From: Raillietiella orientalis
Lineage: Eukaryota
Direction of reading: 5' to 3'
Assembly (NCBI GenBank): GCA_036172245.1
Contig: JAYWIR010000022.1
Coordinates: 930,001 to 994,000 of the forward strand
DNA length: 64,000 bases
Below, one piece after another: positions 58,791 through 64,000 of this stretch (positions within the stretch are counted from its first letter, which is position 1; each line of letters starts with the position of its first letter). The translations under genes and the position numbers were made by a program. The notes beneath the pieces were generated by a model, which was not told the origin of the DNA, ran no database searches, and saw only the letters and a program-made list of their open reading frames with translations.

Positions 58791-61034
58791 CCTTTCGATT
58801 ACAGAATCTCCATCCACACAGGCTGCTACAGAAACAGTTTTCCGTTTCCATGATGACTGTGGCGATAGCCATTGCATTAAATAATGAATCTATGGTTATG
58901 CAGATCGATGGAACCCATACACCTACCCTGCTTCATGACTTATGCATTCTAAAATTTAATGAACTGCATCGATATTGACCTTTGAGGCTAGGCAGGGCAT
59001 ACCGCATAAAACACAATAGTTTGCTGTTTGAAAATTTCATTTCTTACTCTGTTAGTAAGACATGTTCCTGGTTTCGAAGCCATTCAGGAGAGTTTCCAGA
59101 CTTCTTTTTGATCTGATGTCAGATGTCTTTAGAGAGCTTTAAAGATTGAGGAAGGAACACTGCACCATACAAAGCATTAATTAGGCGGGCTACGGATAGG
59201 AAATCGATGGAACGGAAACCACAACACCAAAAAAAAAAAACCAAAAAAGGAAAAGAAGCAGACACTGAATAAAAAACATTTCCTGGGAGTTTCCTTGTCA
59301 ACGAATCGTGTAGCACGGAACATGAGACGAAGTTTGCGTTATGGGGAGTTTCGGCGTTTTTCAAAATTTAGATCCTGCATCTTAATCACAATTTGATTGA
59401 ATCCCTTTTTGATACATCACAAAGAGAAAAGAAAACAGTACGAAGGTCTTCCGTGTGAAAACAAAATGTTCACCCTGTCCATATTTCCTAATTTTAGCAT
59501 TTTCATTGTGCTAAAGCGGCACCGGCGTAAAAATACCAATAGGGGAGCCTACATGTTCTTAGCTGGGGTGTGAAGCGCATGGGAAGGTGGAGAAAACTAT
59601 CAAGAGTGTACGATTCTGTTTGCTTTGAGATGCCATAGAAGGAAGGAGGGCAGCTAAGTTCAATCCATCTGCCATTTCTGCAGGGCAGAGAATTTTTATC
59701 GAGTACGCTTAAAGTAAAAATCTTTCACAGAAAATCTTCCACAAAGTGATCCACACAGAAGAGAACTTGTACTTTCACCGGGAGGAATTCAAGGATCTTT
59801 CAATCAAAATTCCATCAATTTCCAAGCCACACGTTCTCTTCTCATCCGTCAGCGCTTTCTCCAGGAAACAAGACTGATGAGATTTAGCATTTCCCTTATG
59901 GATCTTCAACACAACATTCCATTTTCCATGCTAATGTCCAATTATGGTGGAGAATTCTTCACCGAATGACACTGAGGGAACGATTGAGTTTCCTCATTAC
60001 TTACGGTTCAAAACTCCTTACTCAAGCGCGTAATCGGGCAGCGCAATTTGTACCCGGGAAGCGGTACCAGAGCCACGTTTTCCTCAAATCCTTAGGCGCC
60101 AGATACTAGAAGACGATAAACTGGCACCTGGATACTGGAAATCAAATCCGTGAATTCTGCCCAAAGCTGATCCTCCAGGAAGCGAAAGATGGTCAGAGAG
60201 TTTCTTGCTCACTATCTTCAGCTCACTGTTTTCACTTTCACGGGGTCGATTTTCTCATTTGAATGACGAGCCGTCACCAACTTCACGAAAGGTGCGCAGT
60301 AGAGCTGACAAACGAGAGACTGGGGTAGACAAATGAGAACAATCAGAACTATGGACTCCCTTCCCCTTTGCACATATGATGATGATGTGAGGTGTGCCCA
60401 TGCCACAAGGAATGGCATGCAAATTTTCGTGGCGTCCCTTCTGTTCAGTTTTTTCTTGTGTGCTGGTGGCCTGTTCTTCAGGAATTATGTGTGTTGTATT
60501 CTTAAAATTCAACATTTATACCGACTGTATATACTTTTGGAACTTTTCGGTAGTTATCGACTGCTGTGCAGCTCCGATTGCATTTCTTCTAAGATGCTCT
60601 GGAAATGGTACTTAAAAGCACAGAGGAAACTCTTTCAGTGCACTCCGATCTTAAATACCTCGGAACATTCTGTGAGCGAAAACAGCAACAACAAGAGCAG
60701 GGAAAAGGGAGAGATGAAGGAGCTATGCCGAGGCAAGTGGTTATTCATCGGTTTAGGTAGTCGAAGAGCCACCACGATGGGCCGACTCAGCAAGCAGCTG
60801 TGAACGAAAGAAGTAGACAAGCGCTTGGCAGCTGATTCTGCAATTATAATGATGGCTTAGTTTCCATTTCGGGACTCTGGAATCCCAAGGCGAGATTTCC
60901 TGCAGACAAATATTACCATCAACACATCGAGAGGATGACAAATAACACCAGAAGAGCAACACCAGCCCAGAGAAAAAACCGTAGAGTTCGCAAATCGCCG
61001 ACATTAACACTCTCTGAAGCAGAGAAGTAGGTGT

Positions 61035-61390
61035 CGAGATCGTATCACATGACCACAGGTCGTTCAAGGAACCTTTCGTTGCCTCATTTCGCGATCCATC
61101 AACAGCACGCTGACAACAAAACCCAGTATGAGATTCTTGCTGGAGTGTTGCCGTTTCTACCAAGGACAGAGTGTTTGCTTACGCTCTGTTCCGCTTTCCG
61201 GCTCGGCCTGCTTTTCTAAGAGGTGCTCCATGCCAAGGGCAGCACGGCTCATGGATGGAAAGTAACAAGAGATTGACCATTCGTGCATCTTCCTCTGAAG
61301 TCCGACTCTTGACAGCGTGCTGTTGATGCATCGCGAAATGAGGCAACGAAAGGTTCCTTGAACGACTTGTGGTCATGTGATACGATCTCG
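61035..61390. repeat. Inverted repeat: 82-bp arms (61035-61116 and 61309-61390), 3 mismatches, 192-bp spacer
   Basis: Arm cgagatcgtatcacatgaccac...cagcacgctgacaa recurs as its reverse complement. Also visible as near-identical peptides in opposite-strand ORFs 61031+ and 61424-. Confidence 0.95.
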
Positions 61391-62849
61391 GGCAGACTGT
61401 GATGAAAGAGGCACCACCTTCCACGGCATTCTCTCAAGATGGGATCTTCCAGGCTGCAACGCATCCCAGACCCTCTCCGTTGAGGATGAAAGCCTCCTTA
61501 ACGGTCTTTTTTCCTCTCTTTACGTACATAGTAAGTCCAAGATAAAATCCTTCAAACAGTTCTGAATCCTTTTTTATTTTCTGCCAGGTCAGTGTGTTTT
61601 AACGTTGTCATTCGAGAGAGGAAGAACTTTTTGTAGAGTACAAGAACTTTGCTTAACAGTTTCCTTCTGTTCTGCACCCTACAGGTGGCACACTACAACA
61701 ACCCAAACGAGGACGATGCACTTTCCAGACACTGGCTGGCCCTCATGTCTGAAGAAGTGGGGTACATACGACACAGTTTATTCGAATGCAACCACTGAAA
61801 GGAATCTAAATGGAGAGCACAAGACTGGAATGGCTGTTCGAAGGACTAGAACTGTGGTTGATCAAGAGTAAATTCATTTCCTTCGAGCACTTCGAGACGA
61901 TCCCTTAGAAAAAAGAGAGAAGAGGTTCTAAGGAAACCGACAGAGGGAATAAAAAGGAAGCATGTGGATTAGAAATTCCACTGCATAAGAGGAGTCTGTA
62001 TTCTGACGGTGCGCTTAGCCTTCCAAGAGCTGGACAAAAAAGCTTCAGTCAGGCAGGGATGCCAGTGACCGATGGTACACCAGACTAGGTGATCGCAATC
62101 TTTCCTTACACAATCGTCCAGTTATCTCCGAAGTAATGTTTCATCTTCCCAGGAGGATATCTGAGGGAAACAATTATCATCTGGAGTCTGCAGCTCGTAG
62201 ACCGAATAAGATAAAGGAGCCTTCCCATTGAGATGACTTCCAGGTGATAAGGATCACCATGTTTTTTGTATTCCCTACCAGAAGCTAGACAGTTTCAGTA
62301 ACGCAATTTGATGGATGCAAGTAGAGTCTTTTCCTAACATTCTCCAGAATCTAAGTTTCGCGTGATGAGGAAGCAATACTTCCCTAGTGCGATGCAAGAC
62401 TCTTAATCCTCTTTCTCTCCATCCGCTACTCTACCTATAGGGTCTAAAGAGACCGGTAGTTATTTGAAGAATTTAGGAAAATCTTGCAAACTTCCTTTTC
62501 GACGCATAATTTTCATTAGAAACGTCTCTTTCTCAGAAGACTTCTGCGTCTTCTTCAGTCCTAGGTTACATCAGGGTCTTCGAGCTGAGGAGGAAGACAA
62601 GGGCATCTGCGGATCGAGATGGATAAGGCTCTGCTGCAGTCTAAGACCACCATAAGCGGAATTTGCGTTCTGTTAGATGCAAATAAGAAACGGATATGCT
62701 AGTGGTCTCAATTTCGTTTCCCCACGTCTGGAAACAGCGGCCAAACAACAAGTTTCCGGGAGAAACAGATTCAAGGACGAAGAGATTGGGCCGCAACTCT
62801 GCGCTGAAAAATGAGAGAAAAGTGCTGTGCTAGTGGACTCTAGGCTTGA

Positions 62850-63230
62850 TTTCTCTTTCCGTAGATCACGAAGCTAACAGTGCTCATGTAGTTTCCTTTC
62901 TGGCACTGAAGTTTCATCAAGTTAAAGTGGATCAAGAAGAGCGCGAACCTGGAAATGAAATCGGAGGAGACGTGCGGAATAAACAAGTATGATGCTTCAC
63001 ATCACAGTCTGCTTCGAGAGATGGAGACAGAGATTGCCATTGCAAGGGGGAATGAGAGGACGAGACAAGCTTGCCTTCATGCTCTTCCTGGATATGCAAA
63101 AGCGGTCTGCAGGCGATGGAGATCGCAAATGGCTCCTCCAGGTGGGGCTTTTGGATCAGGATGTTGTGGTGAAGGGACAGATAGAAGCATTTTATTTCAC
63201 CTACAGGGTCTTGCGCTAAAGAAAAAAGAA
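62850..63230 (+). mobile_element. Decayed non-LTR reverse transcriptase fragment
   Basis: KSEETCGINK (cf. QTCGVxGR) followed by AFMLFLDMQK....DRKWLLQV (cf. lDxxKAFDxVdrxwL). Confidence 0.45.
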
Positions 63231-64000
63231 TGAAGAAGTCAATGAATCTTTCTCAAAGAAACACAAATCATTTGCTTTTTTTTCTCGCACCTGATAAGTG
63301 CACGCCTGAAGTCCAAAGTGACTTCCGTTCCAAACTTTGATTGATTGAAAGGGAGGATCCGTGCATGTGTGTGAGCACGTCTGCCACTCTCAAGAGATAA
63401 CCTCGCAATTTTTCAGAAAAGTTGTGTTGATAAACCACAGGGCATCGCACAGCAGTGCCATTCTCTTCCGTGCTAGAGATGTGGCTGCTGAGAAACGGTT
63501 AGCGTTTTTACAGTGAGTGACTGGTTCGAGATACCCGCAACGGTTTCGCACCGTTAAATCAAGGAGTTCTCCCCTCTCCCCCTCCAGAAAAAAAAAAAAA
63601 AAGGCGTATCCGGTTTGATCTTGTAAGACAAGTTTGATTGCTCACCATTTTCTTCGAGCCTCCAGGAAGAACTGCTGCCTTACATTTCCAACTGGCAGAT
63701 AAGAGCACTTCACGAGCCAGAGTGATGACAACCCAGAAATATGAAACGAGAAAACCGGAATTTCGTAATGAAAGAGGGAAGCTGCAGCATCATATTTCGA
63801 AGGAGATGCCAAGGTATGGTGATTCCAATACTGGATGACAGAAAGACTTTATTTTGTTCCACTAGCGCCCCATAGGGTTCCATGGTACCAGCCGCGATAC
63901 CTGATGCCATGCCAGACACAGAACGGGAAGAACGACAACCAAAATAATTAAAAGCACTGCTCTCAGTAAAATTGTACCATCGGAAAGCAAATAATCAACA

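Noticed and set aside
60333..60803. 156-aa ORF with a hydrophobic stretch
   Set aside because: No recognisable domain or gene context; lies in decayed mosaic DNA.

Overview
Eukaryotic (metazoan, probably arthropod) nuclear DNA with three zones. (1) 1-10.2 kb: decayed minus-strand coding DNA, including a candidate viral class III glycoprotein relic, interrupted by a Tx1/L1-clade non-LTR retrotransposon that carries a second family member inserted antisense. (2) 11-40 kb: AT-rich housekeeping island with EMG1 (+, 5 exons), GPN3 (-, 4 exons), CDC5L (+, 10 exons, mostly 42-49 nt introns) and COA6 (+, one coding exon). It also holds a tRNA-derived SINE-like element just upstream of CDC5L and a possible orphan spliced gene. 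(3) 43-64 kb: a second fragment graveyard with another glycoprotein-like relic, three stacked Tx1/L1-type elements in alternating orientation, a 28S rRNA pseudogene ending near the hidden-break region, further decayed RT fragments and an 82-bp inverted repeat. All gene models and translations were built by hand and no database search was run. The viral assignments are inferences.
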